NCBI GenBank assembly: GCA_000025185.1
Contig: CP001848.1
Span: forward strand, 2,280,001-2,312,000
Reading direction: 5' to 3'
Length of the DNA: 32,000 nt
Origin: Pirellula staleyi DSM 6068
GTDB taxonomy: Bacteria > Planctomycetota > Planctomycetia > Pirellulales > Pirellulaceae
Shown here piece after piece: positions 8,004 to 15,962 of the stretch (positions are counted from its first letter, which is position 1; each line of letters starts with the position of its first letter). A program made the translations under genes and the position numbers. Under the pieces are notes generated by a model. That model was not told where the DNA came from and made no database searches. It saw only the letters and a list, made by a program, of their open reading frames with translations.

Positions 8004-9482
8004 ATGAAGCTTTCTTCGTGCCAGGCGATTGCCCTTGCGATGATGATATTCGTCGCACTCGGCTGCCGAAGCGCGCAGACAGCTCCCGCCGCACCGCCGG
8101 GGGCCACCGATTTGCCCACCAGCGCCACGGCCAACGGTCAAACGATCGTGGCCATTGCGCCACCGGCTCAGGCATGCTGTCCCCAACCAACACTTCCCGA
8201 AAAGCTCGGCATCACCGGCCTGTTTAAAGGGATTGGCGGACTGATCGACCGGATTCGTAACCGTCTTGGTTCGCGATTCCCAGGACTCGAAGCCAAGCCT
8301 CCCGTCCTTGCCATCACCGATCCTGCCAACGCCGAGTCGTCGAACCCTGCGGTGGCTGCTGCCGCTGGTGCTAAAGCGGAAGAAGATGCTGCCGCACAAA
8401 AGGTGAAAGCGATTCGCTACCTCGGTTCGCTGGGGTGTGGAGGTTGCTATCCCGATGTGGAGCCGGCACTGCTGGCCGCTCTGGACGACTGCACAGAAGC
8501 GGTGCGCTACGAGGCTGTTCTCGCGCTCCGCAAGAGTGGCGGCGATCCTTGCAAGAACTGCCAGAAGGATGCCTGCTGCAGCGACAAGGTGCGCGAGAAG
8601 CTCGACAAAATTGCCAACGGCATGGACGATCAGGGTTGCTACTTCGAAGCCTCGGATCGGGTGCGCCGCAACGCTCGCCTTGCACTTTGCTACTGTGGCG
8701 GCCCTACCTCTCCCCAGATGCAGCAGACTTTGCCTCAGGAAGGCCCCAGTGAAGAGATTCCCCCCGCCACTGCACCAGCAGCAGGCGCGGTCTCGATTCC
8801 CAAGAGCCAAGTGGAAATGGTTGCCGAACGCATCGAACGAAGCGTAATCGCCAGCAAGCAAGCCAACACGACAACTGGCGGTGTCAATCGACAAGTGGCT
8901 TACGATCAAGCGACCGGCAGCGTGACGGAAGTTCGCTGGGAGCAACTCTCGGCTCGCATCGACCAGTTTGCTTCGCGGGCCGATGCTGCTGGCATGATGA
9001 ACCTGGTCCGAACGCATGTGCTCACCGCCGGTGGGCCGCTTCCTCCGGAACTCACTTCGCGAGCCCTCGAAGTGGCACGGTTCGATTGGACCAACGCCGA
9101 GCGTCTCGTCTCACGACCACTCGCTTCCGCTTTGGCAACCACGCAAGTCGGTGGACTCAGCCTGGTGTGGGAAGAGAATGGCCGACTTTGGATGGTGCGG
9201 GTTCTCGAACGACGGAAAGTCAACCTGGTGCAGCCAGCTTCGTACTCGCAGCCTGTGGCTCCTTCGCGTGACCAAGCGGCTGGTGTGTCGGCTCAGCCTC
9301 GTGCATCGGCTCCCGTGGGGACGTCCGCTCCCGCACCTCGCGGCACCATTCAAGCAGCACCGGCATCTGCACCAGCGCCAGCCAATGGCGGCGGAGTTTC
9401 CGCAGCCGATAATGCGGCTCCTGCTCGTGCACCGGTCGTATTCACCACGCGCGTTGTTCCTTGTAACTGCAACCAGCATTAG
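8004..9482 (+). CDS. Cys-rich lipoprotein with HEAT-like repeat and a possible degenerate parvulin-like C-terminal region
   Basis: 492 aa. The signal peptide ends in a lipobox-like FVALGC|RS. HEAT-like pattern: AIRYLGSLG...EPALLAALDDCTEAVRYEAVLALRKSG. Paired cysteines occur throughout (ACC, CGGC, CKNC, ACC, CYC, PCNC). The C-terminal stretch FDWTNAERLVSRPLASALATTQVGGLSLVWEENGRLWMVRVLERR loosely resembles a PpiC-type PPIase core; this is a weak assignment. Confidence 0.8.
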   Translation: MKLSSCQAIALAMMIFVALGCRSAQTAPAAPPGATDLPTSATANGQTIVAIAPPAQACCPQPTLPEKLGITGLFKGIGGLIDRIRNRLGSRFPGLEAKPPVLAITDPANAESSNPAVAAAAGAKAEEDAAAQKVKAIRYLGSLGCGGCYPDVEPALLAALDDCTEAVRYEAVLALRKSGGDPCKNCQKDACCSDKVREKLDKIANGMDDQGCYFEASDRVRRNARLALCYCGGPTSPQMQQTLPQEGPSEEIPPATAPAAGAVSIPKSQVEMVAERIERSVIASKQANTTTGGVNRQVAYDQATGSVTEVRWEQLSARIDQFASRADAAGMMNLVRTHVLTAGGPLPPELTSRALEVARFDWTNAERLVSRPLASALATTQVGGLSLVWEENGRLWMVRVLERRKVNLVQPASYSQPVAPSRDQAAGVSAQPRASAPVGTSAPAPRGTIQAAPASAPAPANGGGVSAADNAAPARAPVVFTTRVVPCNCNQH

Positions 9483-9655
9483 TGCGAACCAACAATCCAC
9501 CTACTTCTCCAAGCCATTTTTTACACTCACTGCTACGTTCGAAAAGTCACGTCCTCGGGCAATCGTGTCGCGCTTGGTCGTCGCTGACTCTCGCGTACTT
9601 TGCTACGATGCAGTAGCGAAGCACTCACACGAGCTGATTCGAAGGAAATCCTGCG

Positions 9656-12600
9656 ATGGCCTCACAACAATCTGCCTCGAGCCGTGGTGCCAGTGCCAAA
9701 CGCGGCGGATGGAAAGGGGCCACGACCACAGTCGTCGAGACTCCTCATCGCTGGCAAAGTGGTGCCGCTCCAGGTCGTACTACCGCAGGTCCCACCTGGG
9801 GCCGCTATCGTCGCACTCGCGTGATGATCCTAGGCATCATCTCGATTTGGCTTATTGGCCTGCTGGTGTGGTATCTCTTGTTCCGCCCCGCCATGACACC
9901 GATGGTCACTGTCGTTGCGACCCGCTACGACATGCCACTGCCACCCAACAGCTGGGCTACGGAAGATCTGCGGGGGATCAAGGAACTCGATAGTCAAACC
10001 TTGCGATTGTTCGACGGCAGCGCCGCTTGGGAATCGGAAGAACGTGGCATTCGGCAACTCGAACAGCATCTGAAATCGGCCAAGCCGCGCATCGAACGTA
10101 GCGGCATGCTGATGCTCTACTGGAGCATGCCAGGCTGTGTGGATGACGAGGGGCAACCCTGCTTTATTCCTCCCGGCGCATCTCCCCATCGGAGTGAAAC
10201 ATGGCTGCCACTTGCCGATGTGCTCGAGGAGATCAAAAAACAAGATCTGCCAACGAGCGTGCATAAGCTGATGATTCTGGACGTATCGCGCGAGCGAGCG
10301 AACTGGAGCGTCGGCATGCTCACCACCACCTTCCCAGCGGCTGTGGAGAAGGTTGTCAATCAATCGGGCATTCCGAATTTGGCGATCTTGCTCTCGGCTA
10401 GCCCTGGTCAAGCAGCGGTGGCATCGACTGAACTGCGCGGCACTGTTTTCGGCCGCGCGATGACGATTGGTCTCGCCGGAGCTGCTGATGCCCGCGCCTC
10501 GGGGGGCAACGGTAACGGGCGAGTTTCGCTCCACGAACTGCTGCACTACACCACCGATCGCGTAGAAAAATGGACCAAAGCGCATCGCGGTTTGCCCCAA
10601 CAGCCGATGCTGGTTCCATCGACTACTCCCGACGTGAATTTGGCCTACGCGATGAGCACGTCGAGCTGGCGCAAGCTCGATGCACAAAGCAAACGCCAAG
10701 AGTCGGCACCTCCGGTTGTGGCAGTGGCGACCCTCACCAAACTTTGGAAAACACACGATCGCCTCGCTGCTGAACGGGTCTATCGTTTCGATCCGATTGG
10801 GTGGCGTCATTTTCAGCATCAATTGCTTCGTCTCGAACAGCTGACGACCGCTGGCGATGCTTACCGACAGCAGGCGATTGATCTGGCGACGCAGCTCAGC
10901 AGCCAGTGCGACGCGCTCGATAGTCGTCTTGCGGCGGCAATGGTTCGGCCGTCGATCTTCAGCTACTCGCAAGTGATGACCCCGACTCCGGATAAGCTTT
11001 CGCCCGGTCGCTCGCTACCGTCGCTCGGAACTGCAGACTTGCTGGCAAGCGTCGTACCACAGCAGTCGCGACTCGTGCGCGAACAGCTGAGTCTCGTCGC
11101 CTCGCAGCCGACCGAAAATGGAATCGTGGAAGCACTCCGCGTGATCGAGGAGGCTAAGCTTCCAACCGATCCGGTGGAAGTTCATTTTCTGCGTCTCGTT
11201 GCACGGTTTCATGTGCCGCAGCTGTGGAGCAGTTCCACGGTTGTCGGCAAAGCGATTGACGTTCGCCGTCGCGCATCGGAACTTGCAATTCAGCGTGGCG
11301 ATATCACCCTGCTTGGTGATGAACGTGCCTATGCACTTTCGCGCGGGGAACGGATTGATTCCGATCGTGCGCGGCGCATGGCCGAAGATCTGTTGCTAGC
11401 CGGCAATGCGGCAGCTGGCGTTGATGCAAGTTCGCTCTACACTTCCGCCGAAACGGCGCTCGCCTCTTCTCAGCAGGCCTACCTCGATGCGGCCATCTCC
11501 TTGGCAAGTCGCGATGAAGCGTGGTCGGAAGCGATCTACTTTGCCAAGTGGCTCGCCGAGCCGCAGACCAGCCAGGCCGATCAGCGGAGCGCCGACGATG
11601 CGATTCGAACCGAACTGCTCCCGATGATTAGCGCCTTGCGCCGGTTCGATGAAGCGACCTCACGCTCCGAGAATCAGGATGTCACTAGTTCACGATTCGA
11701 TGCCACCAGCAGTGCTCAATTAACAGCCGCCCATCGCGCACTTCACGAGCGTTTGAAGAAGGCGATTGCCGCCGCGACGGGTGGTAAAGGGACTGATGCG
11801 GCCAACGTCAATAAACTCGAGAATCTGCTCACCCTACCGATGATTCCGTGGCTGCAGCGCGACGCACTGCGCCGGAAGTTGACCGAAACTTTGGGCGAGC
11901 TCGAAACCTTGGCGGCAGCACCACCCGTTCCCAAAACTGGTGAAGAGCAAGTGGCCGAACCACCAGCCGACCAGATGGCTCGCTTGGAGTCGTCGTGGAC
12001 CGTGCACCCGCTCATCGCCGCCTTGTCGCTGGAATCGGAAGCGTCGATCGTTGCGAGCGATCCGCTCCCCGGTTCGACCGATAAGCCAGCTGTCACTACA
12101 CCCACGAGCATCGAAGCTCCCGTTTCGCAGGCCAACCCAACGACCCCACCTGCGCTCGATTTGAGTTTGCCAACCTCTCCCGATATTGCCATCGACGGCG
12201 AGCTCTTCTCGGCGGATGGAAAAGTAGAGACCAAGGAGTTTGCTACTTCGCAAACAGCCGATGCGCCGAAGCCTCAAGCAACGGCGCAGGAGAAGGGGGA
12301 GAAGAGCGATCCAGAGGCCACCAATCCATCGCAGTTGTTCGCCACCCTCGATAAACAAGCGGCAGTGATTCGCGCACGGTTGATGCGACTGAGTGCCCCC
12401 GAGCTGATTGTGCTCCCCGAACTGGCAGCGAGTGCTACGGAGTCGAGTGTTCGAACACGCGCGAGCCTCAGTGGCTGGTCGGACCTCTGCAAAACCGACT
12501 CGCTGCTGCGAGCCGCTGCTCCGCTCTGGTTTCCTGCACCTGTCGACGATCCCATCGGACGTCTCCGCAGCCGCGATCTTCAGCAACTGCTGCTCGCCGA

Positions 12601-14878
12601 AGCGGATCGGGCGCTGGTCGACTTCTATGGTCCCCCGGCACCGCGCCGCGAGCCATTTTTCGCGACCGCAACTTCACAGCTCCTTTCGCTGGCGCGTGAA
12701 ATCGATCCTCCCACCACCACCATTCAGTCGCAGTTCGAGCAGCTTGGCGATTTGCTCAATCGTCGTACCGAAGCAGCTCGCTCTGCCGTCGCAGTATCGG
12801 CATCGGATATTCTGCTGATCGATCAAACCCCGAGCGTCACATCGCAGGTGCGCATCAGCGCTCCGGTCCCTGCCATTGCAGCTTCCTTGCCAGAGGCAGA
12901 AGCGGCCATCTACTTCACCGACGACCAAGGGCGCGTTGGAAGCACGGCCCGCATTCTCGACACCAAGTCGCTGATGACGCAGTCGAACCCCGTAGCATGG
13001 GAGTCGGTTTTTGTCGCAGCAGGGCTCGAATCGCGCGGACCACTCATGGCGGCTGTGGCGAATGTTCGTGGCAACGAATTCGCCGCTCCACTGCTGCTGC
13101 GAGCGGCAGGTGGCAAACGCATTGAGTTCGCCAAACCAACCTATGGACCACCGACCGTCACCATTCACGGATTTCGTCGTCGTCAGGCATCGGTCGTGTT
13201 CGTACTCGACTGCAGTCATACGATGAAGGCACTCGATGAAGTGGAATCGCCCGATGGTGGTGTGCGTGCTACATCGCAGCGGATGGAGCTTGCCAAAGGT
13301 GCGCTGCGAAGCATGCTTACGCAGCTCGCTGAACGGGGCGATGCACGCGTGGGAGTTCGATTTTTCGGTCATCGAGTCGGCTGGAGTACCGTCGAGGCGA
13401 ATAAACTACTGCGGCAAAATCGCTATGCAGGTGAAATTCCGCCCGAACTTCAGCCTTATGCCGACGTCGAAAACATTCTTCCTTTGGGACGATTCGACAG
13501 CGTGATTGCGGGGCGTGTGTTTGAGGCGATGAAAACGGTCGAGCCGTGGGGTGAATCGCCGATTTACCTTTCGATCACCGAAGCCTTGCGCGACTTTGCG
13601 CAGGAAGATGGCGAGAGCGAGAAGAGCATTGTCGTCATCACCGACGGCAAAAACTATCAGTTCAACGCACCTTCGCAGCTGGCACGCACGAAGGACGACG
13701 TCCTCGCAGCGCGAGGGAGCCGCGATATCAAAGTGCATATCGTGGGATTCAACATCGAGCCTAGCGAGTCGGAAGTCGCCTCGCGCGAGTTCCGCGAAAT
13801 TGCCGAAGCAACCGGGGGTGAGTTTTTGCCAGCTACTAGCGCTGGATCACTCGTCCGTTCGCTGGAATCGGTGCTACGCGCGGCCGAGTTCACCGTCGCA
13901 AGCACAGGCGATGGCTCGTCGCAATCGGCTCGCATCGGCAGCACGCTGACACTCCCCAAGATCAACGCCCCTCAAACTTTTGCAGCTGAGTTCGAAGCGG
14001 CCAAGCAAGAGCTGCTGCTGAGTGGCGGCGAAGCGGTGGAACTCAACGTGGCCCGCAATGGGACGCGTCTCGAAGTGCCACCTTTCCTTAAAGGCTCGCC
14101 GAAGTTCGTCCGATTGGCACCTGTCGTACGTGGTCAAGCGACCGGCATTCAGGTTGGCATCCACCGTCCGGTGCGACAAGAGGGACGTGTGATCGTTCCG
14201 ATGTCGCTGCAGGACAGTGATCAGTATTTCGTCACCCGCCCGGTGGAATGGTGGGTGGAAGTTCGCCCGCGACAAGCCTCCAGCGAAAGTGAGCCATCGG
14301 GCTACTACTTTTACGATCCGATCTACGAAGCTGAAAAATCGGTTCCGCTGTGGAACTGCGTTGCCAACAACTGGCCAACCAGCGCGCGGCAAGCTGAGAT
14401 CACTACCTTCTGCAAATTTGCGAAGACCAATCCCACGGTTGCAATTCCGCTGCTCGAGGTCGCGGGAACTCCCCCACCATCGCCGGCCGGTTTCCCGGTT
14501 GAAGGGATGACCGGGGTCACCTATCAGGCTCGCTATGTTCACGACGAAGCGAGTGGGCGGTTGCAGGTCGGAATTGTGGAGCGTCATTCCAGCAGCTCGC
14601 TGGGGGTTGGTTCACTGAAGGTCTCGCTGTCGCTAAGCCCCAAGTCGGCAGTCCATCAATTCGATTCCGAGAACGGGATTGTGCTCCATACGTTCGATTT
14701 CGAGCGTGTTCCGACAGCCGACCTCGGATCGATGGTGATCCATTTCACCTCGCGCGAAGACCTTCGCAGCGGAGCGATCGAGCTAACCGAACCGGTGATT
14801 CTCGACATCGCCGACCGTAGCGATTTGATTGGACCTCAGCCGATCACCAATGAGCAAACGACCGGCGGAATCCGCTAA
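9656..14878 (+). CDS. Giant single-pass membrane protein, paralogue of 2227-7608: degenerate caspase-like domain, helical region, von Willebrand factor A domain, beta-rich C-terminus
   Basis: Uninterrupted 1,740-aa ORF with an ATG start. A 55-aa Ser/Thr-rich basic tail precedes a TM helix (VMILGIISIWLIGLLVWYLLF, ~nt 9821-9883). Caspase-like pattern at ~9899-10630: MLMLYWSMPG...KLMILDVSRE...LAILLSASPGQAAVAS...FGRAMTIGLAGAAD...VSLHELLHYT. vWA domain at ~13180-13880, with the MIDAS-like VVFVLDCSHT (D at 13208, S at 13214, T at 13220) and IVVITDGKNY. Confidence 0.9.
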   Translation: MASQQSASSRGASAKRGGWKGATTTVVETPHRWQSGAAPGRTTAGPTWGRYRRTRVMILGIISIWLIGLLVWYLLFRPAMTPMVTVVATRYDMPLPPNSWATEDLRGIKELDSQTLRLFDGSAAWESEERGIRQLEQHLKSAKPRIERSGMLMLYWSMPGCVDDEGQPCFIPPGASPHRSETWLPLADVLEEIKKQDLPTSVHKLMILDVSRERANWSVGMLTTTFPAAVEKVVNQSGIPNLAILLSASPGQAAVASTELRGTVFGRAMTIGLAGAADARASGGNGNGRVSLHELLHYTTDRVEKWTKAHRGLPQQPMLVPSTTPDVNLAYAMSTSSWRKLDAQSKRQESAPPVVAVATLTKLWKTHDRLAAERVYRFDPIGWRHFQHQLLRLEQLTTAGDAYRQQAIDLATQLSSQCDALDSRLAAAMVRPSIFSYSQVMTPTPDKLSPGRSLPSLGTADLLASVVPQQSRLVREQLSLVASQPTENGIVEALRVIEEAKLPTDPVEVHFLRLVARFHVPQLWSSSTVVGKAIDVRRRASELAIQRGDITLLGDERAYALSRGERIDSDRARRMAEDLLLAGNAAAGVDASSLYTSAETALASSQQAYLDAAISLASRDEAWSEAIYFAKWLAEPQTSQADQRSADDAIRTELLPMISALRRFDEATSRSENQDVTSSRFDATSSAQLTAAHRALHERLKKAIAAATGGKGTDAANVNKLENLLTLPMIPWLQRDALRRKLTETLGELETLAAAPPVPKTGEEQVAEPPADQMARLESSWTVHPLIAALSLESEASIVASDPLPGSTDKPAVTTPTSIEAPVSQANPTTPPALDLSLPTSPDIAIDGELFSADGKVETKEFATSQTADAPKPQATAQEKGEKSDPEATNPSQLFATLDKQAAVIRARLMRLSAPELIVLPELAASATESSVRTRASLSGWSDLCKTDSLLRAAAPLWFPAPVDDPIGRLRSRDLQQLLLAEADRALVDFYGPPAPRREPFFATATSQLLSLAREIDPPTTTIQSQFEQLGDLLNRRTEAARSAVAVSASDILLIDQTPSVTSQVRISAPVPAIAASLPEAEAAIYFTDDQGRVGSTARILDTKSLMTQSNPVAWESVFVAAGLESRGPLMAAVANVRGNEFAAPLLLRAAGGKRIEFAKPTYGPPTVTIHGFRRRQASVVFVLDCSHTMKALDEVESPDGGVRATSQRMELAKGALRSMLTQLAERGDARVGVRFFGHRVGWSTVEANKLLRQNRYAGEIPPELQPYADVENILPLGRFDSVIAGRVFEAMKTVEPWGESPIYLSITEALRDFAQEDGESEKSIVVITDGKNYQFNAPSQLARTKDDVLAARGSRDIKVHIVGFNIEPSESEVASREFREIAEATGGEFLPATSAGSLVRSLESVLRAAEFTVASTGDGSSQSARIGSTLTLPKINAPQTFAAEFEAAKQELLLSGGEAVELNVARNGTRLEVPPFLKGSPKFVRLAPVVRGQATGIQVGIHRPVRQEGRVIVPMSLQDSDQYFVTRPVEWWVEVRPRQASSESEPSGYYFYDPIYEAEKSVPLWNCVANNWPTSARQAEITTFCKFAKTNPTVAIPLLEVAGTPPPSPAGFPVEGMTGVTYQARYVHDEASGRLQVGIVERHSSSSLGVGSLKVSLSLSPKSAVHQFDSENGIVLHTFDFERVPTADLGSMVIHFTSREDLRSGAIELTEPVILDIADRSDLIGPQPITNEQTTGGIR

Positions 14879-15383
14879 GTCGCCTTAGGTCGCCCCAAAA
14901 CCTAGCTGCGACCTCCATTTTCCATAATTCTTGGTTCTCGGTTCCAAGATTTCATGGTGGGGGGCGAAATAGTGGTGCTTTGGTCGGAAAGATCGGGGCC
15001 GCCCCAAACGAACTGGGCCGCAATTGCCCGATTTTTCTGTCGCTAAAGCGAGCCTGACGAGTGCTGTAACGGATGTAGCGGTTTTCGTTTTTCGGCACCA
15101 CTCTCCCAGGTGCTGGTAGGCGAAAACGATAATCGGCGATGAAACGGAAATGCTGGTTTGTGCTACGCTTATGCTTTCCAATAGAGTTGGGGTGGGGCGG
15201 CTGGTTGGCGGATGATCGCGGGGCTTCAGCCGCTGCTGATTGCCGAGAACTGGTAGCCAAGATTCGAAATGGCCGATTGCTTGCCGGTCGCGTCGCTTGT
15301 CGGCTGTCACAGCCTCGGGCGATAGACGCCGCGAATCAGCCGCACGCGAAACTTTCAAGCAGATGGATTAGGGAGAAAATGTC

Positions 15384-15587
15384 GTGGCCGGAAAACTCAC
15401 CAAAATCTCGATTTTGCTCCAAACCCTCAGCCGACTTCCTGGGCTGAGTTTCCTCAGTTCCGTCGACACGCAGATGCGCGAAGTGGAAGACAACGTGGGT
15501 GACTACGAGGACAACGTCAACGAAATCAAACGTAATGCCGAGGACGTCAAAGGGGTTGCGACCGATTTGGTCTCCGACGACGAATAA
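15384..15587 (+). CDS. Hypothetical small acidic coiled-coil protein (doubtful)
   Basis: 67-aa ORF from a GTG, with AGGGAG 12 nt upstream. N-terminal half is hydrophobic/amphipathic (KISILLQTLSRLPGLSFLSS). C-terminal half is acidic and heptad-like (MREVEDNVGDYEDNVNEIKRNAEDVKGVATDLVSDDE). It is the only plausible ORF in the 1.08-kb gap upstream of vgrG. Confidence 0.35.
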   Translation: MAGKLTKISILLQTLSRLPGLSFLSSVDTQMREVEDNVGDYEDNVNEIKRNAEDVKGVATDLVSDDE

Positions 15588-15962
15588 TCGCCTGCTGCGA
15601 GCGAATCACCAGAGCTGTTCGTCAGCCGGACTCACGATGTTCAGGCGGTGGAGCTTCGGGCGCCATTTTTTTCCGCTGCGTAGGAGTCGATCGCTGTGGG
15701 TGGACATTCGATCGACGCTGGTGGCTCATCCCTTGTCAACTCGAGAAGTGCCTGCGACCTGTTGTTCCTGTTCGAAAGAGTCTCCTGCGCCGAGTGCTTC
15801 ACGATCCTTCCGCGACCGAGCAACTCCGGTCGTCGTGGTGGATGAAAAACGGCCCCACGCTACTGGTTGCGTAGTGCCGGAATGTTATTCTCTGAGAGAC
15901 TCGCGTCGCGCTAATCGCCACCGATCCACTTCCATCCAGCGAGCTATCACGCGAAAGAAGCT

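Noticed and set aside
7977-9017. 346-aa minus-strand ORF
   Set aside because: It is antisense to the lipoprotein gene. It has Arg/Gly/Ala-rich shadow-ORF composition typical of GC-rich DNA and no signal or domain pattern. The plus-strand frame has a lipobox and HEAT pattern.
9016-9993. 325-aa plus-strand ORF bridging the lipoprotein gene and giant gene 2
   Set aside because: It runs in a different frame through the 3' end of one supported gene, the intergenic gap and the 5' end of another. No motifs.
9830-10972. 380-aa minus-strand ORF
   Set aside because: Shadow ORF inside the 1,740-aa gene. No motifs. The plus-strand frame carries the caspase-like pattern and is continuous for 5.2 kb.
2227-14878. 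Giant proteins as VgrG/PAAR-loaded T6SS effectors
   Set aside because: Both have an N-terminal basic tail plus TM anchor and are ~190 kDa with Ig-like and vWA ectodomains. That fits resident envelope proteins better than spike cargo. No toxin motif or adjacent immunity gene was seen. This is not fully excluded.
15384-15587. Small ORF upstream of vgrG as Hcp
   Set aside because: At 67 aa with an acidic coiled-coil character, it is far too short and unlike the ~160-aa beta-barrel Hcp.
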